Below, piece after piece: positions 1-12,739 of a stretch of 64,000 bases of DNA; position 1 is the stretch's first letter, and the number at the start of each line of letters is the position of its first letter. The stretch spans positions 23,498,001 to 23,562,000 of the forward strand of contig OX597819.1 in assembly GCA_951406725.2 (NCBI GenBank), written 5' to 3'. Under the pieces are notes generated by a model, which saw only the letters and a list, made by a program, of their open reading frames with translations, had not been told where the DNA came from and searched no databases. Both the position numbers and the translations under genes were made by a program. The stretch comes from Octopus vulgaris. Taxonomy: Eukaryota.

Positions 1-441
1 TGTGTGTCTGTGTATAAAGGGTGACAAACCAGAAGTTTGTAGGTCAATGATTCTGTGGTTGCGATACTGAAGAAATGCTAAAAATTACTGTAGCCAGGTC
101 TGTGTGGTCGTAATGGCAGGAAAGGAGAAAAATATATGACTTCCACCACAACTGGTCTGAGTTACCTGATTTTTATCGAAATTTTCTTGAAAACAAAGCA
201 AAACCTCCGCGGACTTCGAAAAGCATTTGAAAGAGGAAGAAAAAAAAACCTACGGTGGGGAAAAGTTTCACATAATGTTTGTCTGCCACCGCCGCTTGAC
301 AACTGGTGCGGTTGTGTAAGCGTCTGCGTAAACTAGCGGTCAGGCAAAAGATATCGCTAGCACGAGACTAAAACATTAGATACTAGGGTCTTATTGCTTG
401 ACTAAAATCCTTCAGGGTGGTGCCCAGCATGGCTGTTATCC

Positions 442-662
442 TATTTCTTTACTACCCACAAGGGACTAAACACAGAGAGGACAAACAGGGACAGACAAAC
501 GGATTAAGTCGATTATATCGACCCGAGTGCGTAACTGGTACTTATTTAATCGATCCCGAAAGGATGAAAGGCAAAGTCGACCTCGGCAGAATTTGAACTC
601 AGAACGTAGCGGCAGACGAAATACCGCTAGGCATTTCGCCCGGCACGCTAACGTTTCTGCCA
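442..662 (-). mobile_element. SINE family D copy (central GCCTTTCATCCTTTCGGGGTCGAT domain)
   Basis: Reverse complement of the copy at 22724-22955; many related copies occur in the window. Confidence 0.85.
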
Positions 663-922
663 CATGTTGCAGTGTATATAGAGCTTACGGCTGTGGTTTT
701 GTTTCATTCTAAAAGATTGAGTTCTTCTGAGCAATATTGATCTTAATCGTTTGAACTGAATAATAAAACACTAAAATCACAAGTAAAGATACTTTATTGT
801 GACATTTCTTTTATGGGATGATTGGAAAGGCCAATCCATGGTATTTCGATACAACATCGAAGTGGATCACCAAATTCACCTAAAATGTTAGGAAGTCAGT
901 TGATCACATGAAACAGACAAAC

Positions 923-1325
923 AGGCGTGATTGTGGTAAGAAGCTTGCTTCCTAAACACATGGTTCCGGGTTCGGTCCCACTACGTGGCACCTTGGGTAG
1001 GTGTCTTCTATATCCTCAGACCGACCAAAGCTTTGTGAATGGATTTGGTAGACGGAAATTGAGAGAAGCCCGTCGTAAATATGTACATATATATGTGTGT
1101 GCGTGTGTGTGTGTTTGTGTGTCTGTGTTTGTTCCCCCAACAACGCTTGACTACTGATAGTTGTGTGTTTACGTCACCCGTAACTTAACGGTTCGGCAAA
1201 AGAAAGACCGATAGAATAAGTACTAGGCTTACAAAGAATAAGTCCTGGGGTCGATTTACTCGACTAAAGGCGGTGCTCCAGCATAGCCGCAGTCAAAATG
1301 ACTGAAACAAGTGAAGAGAGAGTAA
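923..1325 (+). mobile_element. tRNA-derived SINE family A (~400 bp, internal TA/TG microsatellite)
   Basis: A/B-box-like head (TGTGGTAAG...GGTTCGGTCCC) and conserved 3' end GGCGGTGCTCCAGCAT...GACTGAAACAAG; more than 10 copies in the window. Confidence 0.9.
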
Positions 1326-1384
1326 GAGTACATCATAAAGTAAAAAAAAATGGTGAACGGATTTGGCTTTGAGTTACAACTGTT

Positions 1385-1690
1385 AAATTTAGAGGTTTAT
1401 GTTTTATGTAAGATATTTGTTGTTTTCTTTCTTCAATTTCTGCAATTTCAACCAATCACTGGCGTCTATTGAGGTAAAAAAAACATTCTGTGTCGTATGA
1501 GTATGTCCCTTGTTTAAGAAACAGATTGGGTTTATTTACATTTGTGAAGAAAAAAAGATACCCTTCCCCCCACCCCTAACCCTAACCCTAACCCTAAAAC
1601 AGATTGAAATGCAATCATCGATACTAGGGCCATAATTATGGTTGACAATTTCATATGACACCGCTAGAAAAAACTGACGTTCAAACCGAA
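1385..1690. mobile_element. Partial copy of TIR MITE carrying (CCCTAA)n
   Basis: Near-identical to 57745-58045; short CCCTAA array at ~1573-1596. Confidence 0.8.
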
Positions 1691-1798
1691 CGTCACCTTC
1701 TCTCTCTCTCTCCCTCTCTCTCTCTATCTATCACCTTCTCTCTCTCTTTCTCTCTATCTATCTATCTATCTCTCTCTCTCTCTATCTGTCTATCTATC

Positions 1799-1835
<37 letters not shown>

Positions 1836-3779
1836 TTTCTACTTCAGCTACGATGGTTTTGTGCCAGCAACACTCATGTACTTTTTCTACCATCACCCAT
1901 GTTGTGTACTCTACCACCACCATCACCACCTTCGCCACTATCCCCACCCCCATTACCACTACCATCACCACCACTCTTACTGACTCATATTAACAACTTT
2001 TTTGAGAGTCTCTTCTCCCCGCGAACACCAAACCTCAATGATTTTTTCGACCATGACTGACCACCAATTGTTCAATAAGCGTGTTAAAGGCGTCGGTTTC
2101 ACTGGTCTCGGATCGAGAAGGGGGCTGCAAAAACTGTGGTCAGAATCCTTTCTTCTACATCGAACCAATAAATAAAAAAAAGAGCCAGTAGTCTAAACAA
2201 CAGAAATACTGTCAAAGAAAATACAATCGAACATATCCGATGTGAAGTAGAGACTAATGGTTCAGTAGAGGCTTTTTGTGTGAGCTGAAAGAGAATAAGT
2301 AAGAATAGGAATATCAAAGAATGTATGAAAATATTTCATTGTTTTCTAAAGGGAAGTTGGAGACTAGGTTGGTTGTGACGTTGGGAGACATTTTGCTCAA
2401 ATAATGGTAGAAAAGATGATTGCATTTAATTTCTAAATATAGGAACTAAAAATCTACTCCTACGACTGAGAAAGAATGTTTGTTAGATGTCTGCTGTTTT
2501 TACTTTGAAAAAAAAACAAACAAAAAAAGAAGCAGCGATTAATTGTCAAAAGGTGACAACTGATTTTCGGGCATTCAAACGTCTGTTCCGTTTGGGTTTT
2601 TTTCCATTTAATGTTTGAGTTTTATCAATTTTGCATTCTGCTTACATTGTTGTCTCTTGTTTATTCGTATACTATTTAGGCAACAAAATTAAACTCAGCC
2701 TTGTAAGTGCAATACAATTGATGAAGAAAACTACATATCAGATAGGTATCGGAATTTATTTGATTTTTTCCAATTGTTTATTTTTTCTCTCAAAGATAAT
2801 TGTGAGTGAAGGTTATAGACAAGCATGCCAATAGTAGCATTGGTAAAATAAATAGCCGGAATAATATTTACTAAAGATATGGAAGGAATGAAACCGTTCT
2901 GTTATTCTTAAAACCGCTTGACAAGACTAAGTGTCAGTATATTGAAAGCCGATTCGAAGAAATTAAACATGAAATGCTGTCGTAATACTTTGAAAGTACA
3001 TTTCTTCTTGTTTAAAAGTACATGTCTTCCGTGTTTACTCCTAGCTCGTAGATTCATTGCATGATGAACTTAGCCACAACACATCATAGTCTATCAATAC
3101 ACATACATATATATACTCCATCCTTTCCACCTTTCTAAATATCAATCATCTTTATAACTTTTGAGTTCTTAATGTAGGGGGGGCTTTATGCCTTGTCTTT
3201 TCGTTTATGACTTTAATTCCCTGCTCAAATTTGTTTCACCACAAAAAGCAGTCATGCAAGAGTAAAAAAAAAACAACCTAAATTACGTGTTGTTTACAAT
3301 CTTACAATGTAATATAGTAATATGTAATCAATAACAGAGACTTTACAACATAGAGAAAGTGATATTTATTTCCTAATGCTTTGTTGTCTGACAAAACATT
3401 TTCAATCTAATAAAAATGACACTTATGCGTTCATGATTTAAGTGATTGTTTTCCACTATATGCACCATGGAAATGTTTTTGACAAGTCTTTCCTCTTGTG
3501 TGCTTGATTATAAAAATTATTTTATCTTTCCCCAAACAATATCCCCTCGTTTATGTGTCCTGTACTGTCGACATAACACGAATTTATATAAAACATTTGC
3601 AAACGTAGAGATGAAAAAATCGAATGGCGTCATGAACAACGTTAAATGTACATATACTTGTTATTCGAATACAATTGTTTCAAGGATTTGCTAAACGACT
3701 ACATTATCGAGAAATTACATTTATTAGCTATGTAAAGCTGATGCATTCTGATGTTTAATACGACTTATAATACCATATC

Positions 3780-3822
<43 letters not shown>

Positions 3823-3833
3823 CATACATACAT

Positions 3834-3889
<56 letters not shown>

Positions 3890-4098
3890 TTATACATATA
3901 CTCACACACAATGTACGTATGCAGATATTCATGCGCATATGTATATTAGATAGATAGATAGATAGATAGATATATTGACCCTGTTAAATAATTTGCTTGT
4001 ATATTTGTGTGCGCGTGTGTGTGCATGTGTGTATGTGTACATGCTGCATATATACACACACACATACAAACATATATATATACATATATATATACATA

Positions 4099-4653
4099 CG
4101 AGGGGGAGTCAAAATGTAATGCCATTTTATTTAGCACAGGTATAATTACCAACACAGGAACATGTATCATACATCAAAATGAAGCTGGTCCCCTGTGGAT
4201 CACATCCCTACTTCTCAACATAGTCACCGTTTCTCTCAATAGCAATGTTCCACCTTTGAATGAGAGCATGTATCCCTGCCCCGTAAAATTCTGTTGATTG
4301 TTCTTTGAGCCACTTCTTCACTACCTCCCCACTCACCAGATTTAGCGCCTTCAGACTATCATATCTTCGACGCCACGGTAGAGGGTTTGAGAGGCAAACA
4401 TTATTCCAGTGAAGAGGAAGCGAAAACTGTAGTGAAGAAGTGGCTCAAAGAACAGTCAACAGAATTTTACGGGGCAGGGCTACATGCTCTCATTCGAAGG
4501 TGGAACATTGCTATTGAGAGAAATGGTGACTATGGTGAAAAGTAGGGATGTGATCCACAGAGGACCAGCTTCATTTTGATGTATGATACATGTTCCTGTG
4601 TTAGTAATTATATCTGTCCTAAACAAAATGACATTACTTTTTGACTCACCCTC

Positions 4654-4654
<1 letters not shown>
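4099..4654 (+). mobile_element. Mariner-derived foldback MITE
   Basis: TA-flanked CGAGGG...CCCTCG ends and ~225-bp inverted arms; 4325-4545 translates to a mariner C-terminus (PHSPDLAPSDYHIF...RWNIAIERNGDY). Confidence 0.9.
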
Positions 4655-4700
<46 letters not shown>

Positions 4701-4704
<4 letters not shown>

Positions 4705-4905
4705 ACCTCGTGAGCACCGTCAGCAATTTTTTTCCTCTGTCTTCCCTTCTCGGGATCTTTCCTTCTCCTTTGTTTCCGACGAAGAGCTCCGCTCGAAACG
4801 TTAAACCCTCCTTCTTCCCTTCTTTCCGGAGCGTCCAATAATACTTTATTTGTTCCACGTCCTCGCGTTGCTGTGTTTTTTTGTGTTTTCTTGTTTGGAT
4901 TAACT
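4701..4905 (+). mobile_element. Short Penelope-like terminal-repeat element with minimal hammerhead motif, in (TA)n
   Basis: gttt-CCGACGA-a-gagc-tcc-gctc-GAAA-cg-TT-aaac at 4772-4806; TA runs on both sides. Confidence 0.65.
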
Positions 4906-5255
4906 ATATATATATATAGATAGATATCCCTATATGTACACGTACTTATGAGTACGCAAGTGCAATGCAAAATGGAAAAAATAGCAGTCGAATACCAAAG
5001 GCAGAGTTAAATATAGTGTTTATTGACGCAGAAACGTCACAAATCGTTACTCTGAGTTTCACGTAATAGATCATCAGATAGCTGTGAACTCTAGAAACAG
5101 TGGAATGGTTTTAGATGGTGCAATAACAATTATTCTATAAATGCTCAAATGACAGTTTAAAAGTAATTGGATAAGGGAAGTGTCATATTTCACTTATTTA
5201 TTACAAATAATATTTCACTTATTTATATTATTTAGTGAAAATAATATAAATAGTT

Positions 5256-5625
5256 GCAGGAGTGGCTATATGGTAAGAAGCTAGCTTCCTAACCACATGG
5301 TTCCAGGTTCAGTCCCCCTGCGTGGCACCTTAGGGAAGTGTCTTCTGCTATAGACACGGGCCGACCAAGGTCTTGTGAGTGAATTTGTTAGGTAAAAACT
5401 GAAAGAAGCCCATCTTGTGTGTGTACATAAATATGTGGGGGTGATGAAAAAATCCTGGCTTTAAGGGTGTCACGAAAGACTTAGTAGAAGGGCCAACCTT
5501 CCGAGTTCTTTGACAGGGTTTAGAAAAACTGAAGGACCGAATCGAATGGACTCGATTCTTTCTACTCAAAATTCTTCAAGACGGTGCCGCAACCTAATGA
5601 TTGAAACACGTAAAAGATAAAGGAT
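5256..5625 (+). mobile_element. SINE family A interrupted by a mariner-type MITE fragment (~5433-5540)
   Basis: SINE head at 5256-5430; the insert resembles the reverse complement of 59120-59238; decayed SINE tail follows. Confidence 0.65.
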
Positions 5626-5649
5626 AACAAAGAAATTCAAATCCAGTAA

Positions 5650-7017
5650 CTTCAGAAAACTGGGATCACTAATTCAGAGAACTGGGGTCACTAATTCAGA
5701 AAACTGAAGTTACTAATTCATAAAACTGGGATCACTAATTCGGAAAACTGAGGTCACTAATTCAGAAAACTGGGGCCACTAACTCACAAAACTGGGGCCA
5801 CTAATTCGGAAAACTGGGGTCACTAATTCGGAAAACTGGAGTCACTAATTCAGAGAACTGGGGTCACTAATTCAGAAAACTGGAGTCACTAATTCGGAAA
5901 ACTGAGGTCACTAATTCAGAAAACTGGGGTCACTAATTCGGAAAACTGAGGTCACTAATTCGGAAAACTGGGGTCACTAATTCCGAAAGCTGGGATCACT
6001 AATTAGGAAAACTGTGATCACTAATTCGGAAAACTGGGGTCACTAATTCGGAACACTGGGGCAACTAATTCGGAAAACTGGGGTCACTGATTCGGAACAC
6101 TGAGGTCACTGATTCGGAAAACTGCGGTCACTAATTCGGAAAACTGAGGTCACTAATTCGGAAAACTGGGGTCACCAATTCGGAAAACTGAGGTCACTGA
6201 TTCGGAAAACTGGGGCCACTAATTCAGAGAACTGGGGTTACCAATTCGGAAAACTGGGGTCACTGATTCGGAAAACTGCGGTCACCAATTCGGAACACTG
6301 GTGTCACCAATTCGGAAAACTGGGATCACCAATTCGGAAAACTGAGGTCACTAATTCGGAAAACTGGGGTCACCAATTCGGAAAACTACGGTCGCTAATT
6401 CGGAAAACTGGTCTCACCAATTCGGAAAACTGAGGTCACTGATTCGGAAAACTGGGGTCACCAATTCGGAAAACTGGGGTCACCAATTCAGAAAACTGGT
6501 GTCACCAATTCGGAAAACTGGGGTCACTAATTCGGAAAACTGGGGCCACTAATTCGAAAAACTGGGGCCACTAATTCGAAAAACTGGGGTCACCAATTCG
6601 GAAAACTGAGGTCACCAATTCAGAAAACTGGGGTCACCAATTCGGAAAACTGAGGTCACCAATTCAGAAAACTGGGGTCACCAATTCGGAAAACTGAGGT
6701 CACTGATTCGGAAAACTGGGGTCACTAATTCGGAGAACTGGGGTCACCAATTCGGAAAACTGGGGTCACCAATTCGGAAAACTGGGGTCACCAATTCGGA
6801 AAACTGGGGCCACTAATTCGGAAAACTGGGGTCACCAATTCGGAAAACTGGGGTCACTAATTCGGAAAACTGGGGTCACTAATTCGGAAAACTGTGGTCA
6901 CTAATTCAGAAGCTTAGGACCACTAGTTCAAAAAACCTGGAGTCACTAATTCAGAAAACTGGGGCCACTAATTAAGAAAAGTGGGGTCACTAATTCAGAA
7001 ATCTGGGACCACTAATT
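5650..7017. repeat. 22-bp minisatellite (AATTCGGAAAACTGGGGTCACT)n, about 60 copies
   Basis: Head-to-tail units read directly, with no unique spacers. Confidence 0.97.
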
Positions 7018-7162
7018 TGTGAACGATGTTTTACACTTTCGTCAATATCAGCGGCAGTGGACCAAACAATGATGGTAACTTTAAAAGATGCAATAAAATA
7101 TTAGTCGTGTGAAGATAGCATTATGATGTCTAACTTCACTAACGTCATACCAATGGTCGTAG

Positions 7163-7546
7163 TGGAGGCGCAATTGCCCAGTGGTTAGGGCAGTGGACTC
7201 GCGGTCATACGATCGCGGTTTCGATTCCCAGACCGGGCGTTGTGAGTGTTTATTGAGCGAAAACACCTAAAGCTCCACGAGGCTCCGGCAGGGGATGGTG
7301 GTGATCCCTGCTGTACTCTTTCACCACAACTTTCTCTCACTCTTACTTCCTGTTTCTGTTGTACCTGTATTTCAAGGGGCCGGCCTTGTCACTCTCTGTG
7401 TCACGCTGAATATCCCCGAGAACTACGTTGAGGGTACACGTGTCTGTGGAGTGCTCAGCCACTTACACGTTAATTTCACGAGCAGGCTGTTCCGTTGATT
7501 CGGATCAACCGGAACCCTCATCGTCGTAACCGACGGAGTGCTTCCA
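7163..7546 (+). mobile_element. tRNA-derived SINE family B
   Basis: tRNA-like head GGAGGCGCAATTGCCCAGTGGTTAGGG...GTTTCGATTCCC; TSD ACCAATGGTCGT at 7149-7160 and 7547-7558. Confidence 0.92.
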
Positions 7547-8844
7547 ACCAATGGTCGTGTAAAAGATGGGAATTTACTTGTCGCGCCATTTCTAGTCATA
7601 CCTGAGTGGACATACATATTTCTATATGCATATCGTTGTTTGTATATGTATTTGACTATGTACAAGTGTTCGTAGGGAGTATGTATGTTATCAGGAACGG
7701 CATTAATGTCATAATGCTTCTTTTCTTCTCCCTATAAATCTCTGGTCGTGCATTCAGCAAAAATAAATCGATATTTCAATTTGTTGCAAGCTTAAAATTA
7801 TTGCTGCTACTTTTTTTCTTTTTTTTTTTTTTTTGGTTTGCTTTCATTGCTTTTTTTTTTTTTTCTCTGCCATCAAATTTTAAGAAAGCCAAAAAAAAAA
7901 TGTCAATACAATAAAACAAAGCTGTCAAGTATTAACTAGATGTGGCATTTAACACATCTGACACAGATAAAGAGCAGCTGTGACTGGGAGGCGGGTGGTT
8001 GGAAAAGATTGAGAGGTGAAGGGATACAAGCGTAAAAGACTGAGTTAGTAAAAGTAGTGACTAGTGATTGAAAGAGTATATAACAGGAGAGAGAATGAAC
8101 GAAGGGGGAAAAAATAAACACGAGAGAGACAAGAGAGCGTGAACGAGTAAAGAGAAAAAGTCTAGTAATAAAGCAAGAACAAAAATAAACATTATGGGGG
8201 ATTTAATACAATGATGTTAAAGAGAATATAACGTCATAATTGATTCTGCGTCTGACGAAATGAAAATCGCTAAAAGTCACTTGTGTTGAAGCAAAACTGA
8301 GTTACAGCTGAAGATTTCTGTAAAAGTTCACGATAACTTGATTGTTAGGCAGAGAATAAAGACGAAATGTAAGCAGGTTATGTATTAGGATAACCAGAAA
8401 ATAGACGATGCAATAAAACAAATGATGTTTATAACCGACAAAATACAACAGAAAAATGATCGGTTGAAGACATCTTTTAAAATATAATCGACGTCGAGCT
8501 AATCTCATCCTCCCCATAAATGGTTATCTTTTCTTTGCTTTGAAAATTGCTTTCCGTTTGATGTTACACAGTAATGTATATATGCATGTATATTTTTTTT
8601 TAATAATACAAATACACGCTCACACATAAATATGTAGATATATGCATAGACAAGAATGTGTGCATGTATGTATCTATGTGCGTGTGTGTGTGTGTTTTTT
8701 GTGTATACCTGTGCGCGTGTGTGCATGCCAGTCATTTACTTGATGCATATTAAACTTCAATAATGCATACAGGCTCAAGCATTTATGCGCACACATTGCA
8801 TGCGCACACGTAGACACATTCAGTATATGTGTATGTCTACACAC

Positions 8845-9117
<273 letters not shown>

Positions 9118-9118
<1 letters not shown>

Positions 9119-9360
9119 GTTTATTCTTTTGCTTGTTTGTCATTTGACTGCAGCCATGCTGGAGTACCACCTTAAAGGGTCTTTTAGTCGAAGAATTCGA
9201 TCCCTGGACTTATTCTCTGTAAGACTAGTACTTATTCTATTGGTGTCTTTTGCCGAACCACAAAGTTAAGGGATATAAATACACCAACATCGGTTGTCAA
9301 AGCGATGATGGGGAGGACAAACTCAGACACAAAGACACACACACGCACATACATATATGC
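9118..9360 (-). mobile_element. SINE family A, 3' half
   Basis: Matches the family A 3' region; the matching 5' half lies at 12580-12730. Confidence 0.85.
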
Positions 9361-9382
9361 ATACATGCGTATATATATATAT

Positions 9383-9470
<88 letters not shown>

Positions 9471-9471
<1 letters not shown>

Positions 9472-11240
9472 TTAGAAAAAGAACACCTTTTATCAATTCA
9501 ATAATGAAAAATTTAATTACGTCATCTAGAAAACTACATATTATAGAAAGATTAAATATAAGATAAAAAAATATAACGATGATTAAGTAACGTGCAAAAT
9601 AATAAACAAAACGTATATATTTGGTAAAATAACGACACGTGTTTCGTGGCTATATTTAAGAAATGATTATAATAAAAAATGTTATAGTAGTAGTAAAATC
9701 ACTTCAATATAAATATAGGTACTCATCAGGTTAAAGATAATTACAATAATATAATAATTAATTAATTAATATACGTAAATAATCTTTTAAAATATAAATA
9801 TATTCTTTAAAAAATATATATATAAGATACAAAATATACATTAAGTGAAAACTAAATGCAACACTTAAAACTATATACGTTAAATCAAGTTATTAATTAA
9901 TATATTTATTTAATAAACATCCAAATAAAGTCTAATACCCATTAAGCAATTAATACAAAAACCTTAATGTTAATTAACATACACAATGCTAGTACAATCC
10001 ATAAATACTGGAATCAAAAATAGGAAATGGTTCAAATATACACAAACCCATTATATAAACTAACTATATAATTAATATATATGTAGTATCTATAGATTAA
10101 ATATATCACTCAATAATATAGTTGACCAAAATATCAATTAATATAAAAACTAATTTACTTAAACGTAATACTACTTGATAAATATACCACCTAATTATTA
10201 AATAATGTATTGTCTAACAAAACTAATTCTCAAATTAAATTATATGTAATACGTTAAATCCCTTTATAAAAATAATAATAAATCATTCTAAATAAATAGA
10301 CATCATGATTAATAACTATCATAACTTATAACTATCAATAAAAAATATATAAAAATAATATTTCAACAACAATAATAATAACATTAATAATAATGATAAT
10401 AATCAAATCCAATACAATTCAAAAGCCAAATAATATTTATAAGCAAAAACCGTTACTTATCTTGTCGATGAAAAAAAATAATATAACTGAATTTTAAACG
10501 TAAAAAAGATATATAGATCTTAGTGTTTATAAAAATTAAACGCGTGAAGACTGTGTAAACAAATAGAATAAATTATCAATGAAAATGGCGAAGACTATTT
10601 ACTAATGAAAAATACGAAAAACATCTAAGCCTGATGAATTAAAGAAAGGTAAGAAAAATAGTAGAGCAAATGAACTATGAAGACATTCAACCATAACCGA
10701 CAGTTAACAACATATCTAATCAAAAACAATAATAATGATAACAATCAAACCCAAAATAATACAAAATACAAATAATATTGATAAACAAACAACGTTATAA
10801 ACTTGTTGATTACAATAATATAACTGGATTTTAAATGTATAAAAATAGGTCTTAGCGTCTTAATTAATATACACATTGCTAGTACAAGCCATAAATACTG
10901 GAATCAAAATTAGGAAATGGTTCAAATATGCACAAATCCATTATATAAACTAACTATATTATTAATATATATATGCAGTATCTATAGATTTAATATTTCA
11001 CTCAATAATATAGTTGACCAAAATATTAATTAATATTAAAAACTAATTTACTTAACTGTAATACTACGTGATAAAAATACTACCTAATTACTACATAATG
11101 TATACTCTAACAAAACTAATTGTCAAATTAAATTATATGTAATACGTTAAATCACTTTATAAAAATAATACTAATTCATATTAAATAAATAGATATCATA
11201 ACTAATAACTATCAAGAAACTATAAATAAAAATAATAATA
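9471..11240. mobile_element. Decayed Penelope-like element with hammerhead-bearing terminal repeat and internal duplications
   Basis: Hammerhead on minus at 9630-9733; 9471-9624 recurs inverted at 11787-11942; direct duplications ~9970-10370/10862-11240 and ~10390-10530/10730-10862. Confidence 0.6.
9630..9733 (-). ncRNA. Minimal type I hammerhead ribozyme motif
   Basis: Minus strand: taac-CTGATGA-gt..ctatattta...taaatatag..ac-GAAA-cacgtg-TC-gtta; canonical core, stems I and II pair, palindromic stem III. Confidence 0.75.
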
Positions 11241-11265
11241 TTTCAACAACAACAACAACAACAAC

Positions 11266-11322
<57 letters not shown>

Positions 11323-11324
<2 letters not shown>

Positions 11325-11687
11325 GATGTATCAACACCAGCAGATGACAGCGTGTCAAAAAGAAACGGGGAAACTTTCAAAATACAAAGACCTGGAAATA
11401 GAGGTAACCAGAATGTGGAATCTAAAAACAGAAACAATTCCAATCATAGTAGGTGCATTAGGCATGATAAAAAAATATTCAGACAAATACATAACAAAAA
11501 CACCAGGACTTACAAACACGTATAACAAACAGAAAATTGCACTACTAGGCACCGCACACATCCTACGCAGAACACTTTCAATCCAGTAACCATCAGAGCA
11601 TCACAACAAATCACAGCACATACCCAAGGCACACAGAGCTGCGCTCGGTAGTGAAGTGAAAGCACGCTATAAAAAATAAAACTACTA

Positions 11688-11690
<3 letters not shown>
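11323..11690 (+). mobile_element. R4/Dong-like non-LTR element 3' end (RLE endonuclease C-terminus and UTR) in (TAA)n
   Basis: ORF 11326-11589 reads KLSKYKDLEIEVTRMW...IPIIVGALG...QKIALLGTAHILR; (TAA)n on both sides. Confidence 0.85.
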
Positions 11691-11768
<78 letters not shown>

Positions 11769-12039
11769 CCCAAAACGATTCAAAATCCAAATATATACGT
11801 TTTGTTTATTATTTTGCAAATTACTTAATCATCGTTATATTTTTTATCTTATATTTAATCTTTCCGTGATATGTAATTTTCTAGATGGTGTAATTGAAAT
11901 TGTCATTATTGAATTGATAAATGGTGTTGTTTTTTTTCTAATTTATATTTTTCATATTATATTTTGTGAAATTTGATTTAATATTTCTAAATTGAATTTT
12001 TCCCTGTAAGTTTGGAATAATATTCCTTCATATTCCAGA

Positions 12040-12570
12040 GAAGATTCACTAAGAAGATCGTCTCTTTGCAACAGCTCAGCTACTGGGAAAGGTTGAAACA
12101 GCTAAGACTCTACTCCCTTGAGAGAAGACGGGAGAGGTATGCAGTAATATATATCTGGAAGATCCTGGAAGGAATTGTGCCAAATTTTGGCATTGTAAGC
12201 TACACCAATGCCAGAACGGGACGACACTGCATAGTGCCAAAGATCCCAGCAATGCCATCACGCTTCAGGATCAGCTACTGCAACAGCCTGGGTTTCAACG
12301 GCTCACAGCTTTTTAATATTCTCCCAAAGAGTCTGAGGAACTTGCACAAAGTAGATGTAGCGGTTTTTAAATCAAAGCTAGACCTCTTCCTGTCGAGAGT
12401 CCTAGATGAACCTACCTAACGGCAAGAGGTGCAAATGAGGGTAGCTATATCAAACTCCATTTTTCACCAAGTGCCACATATTAGACGAGGTTCTTAGTAA
12501 TAACAGTGTAGCACAAAACGGCGGTGCATCAGCATGGCCACAGCTCTGAGCTGAAACTAATAATAAAATA
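12040..12570 (+). mobile_element. CR1/L2-group LINE 3' fragment
   Basis: LSYWERLKQLRLYSLERRRERY...FNILP...FKSKLDLFL is a typical post-RT C-terminus, followed by a short UTR. Confidence 0.8.
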
Positions 12571-12579
12571 TATATATAT

Positions 12580-12730
12580 ATACGACAGGCTTCTTTCAGT
12601 TTCCTTCTACCAAATCATCCCATAAGGCTTTGCTTCTCCCGAAGCTATAGAAGAAGACATATACCCAAAGGTGCCACGCAGTGGGACTGAACCCGGAACT
12701 ATGTGGTTGGGAAACAAGCTTATTACCACA
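12580..12730 (-). mobile_element. SINE family A, 5' half
   Basis: Matches the family A head on the minus strand. Confidence 0.8.
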
Positions 12731-12739
12731 TATACATAC

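Noticed and set aside
1573-1596. Interstitial telomere
   Set aside because: Only a few units, internal to a MITE that recurs at 57662-58053.
5650-7017. Possible CRISPR array
   Set aside because: Units are contiguous with no unique spacers, no cas genes are present, and the context is eukaryotic.
7163-7240. tRNA gene
   Set aside because: The tRNA-like head continues into a SINE body with a TSD; the other tRNA-like heads behave the same way.
10630-10655. CTGATGA...GAAA hammerhead
   Set aside because: No stem II, stem III or stem I pairing; the same holds for 8252-8265.
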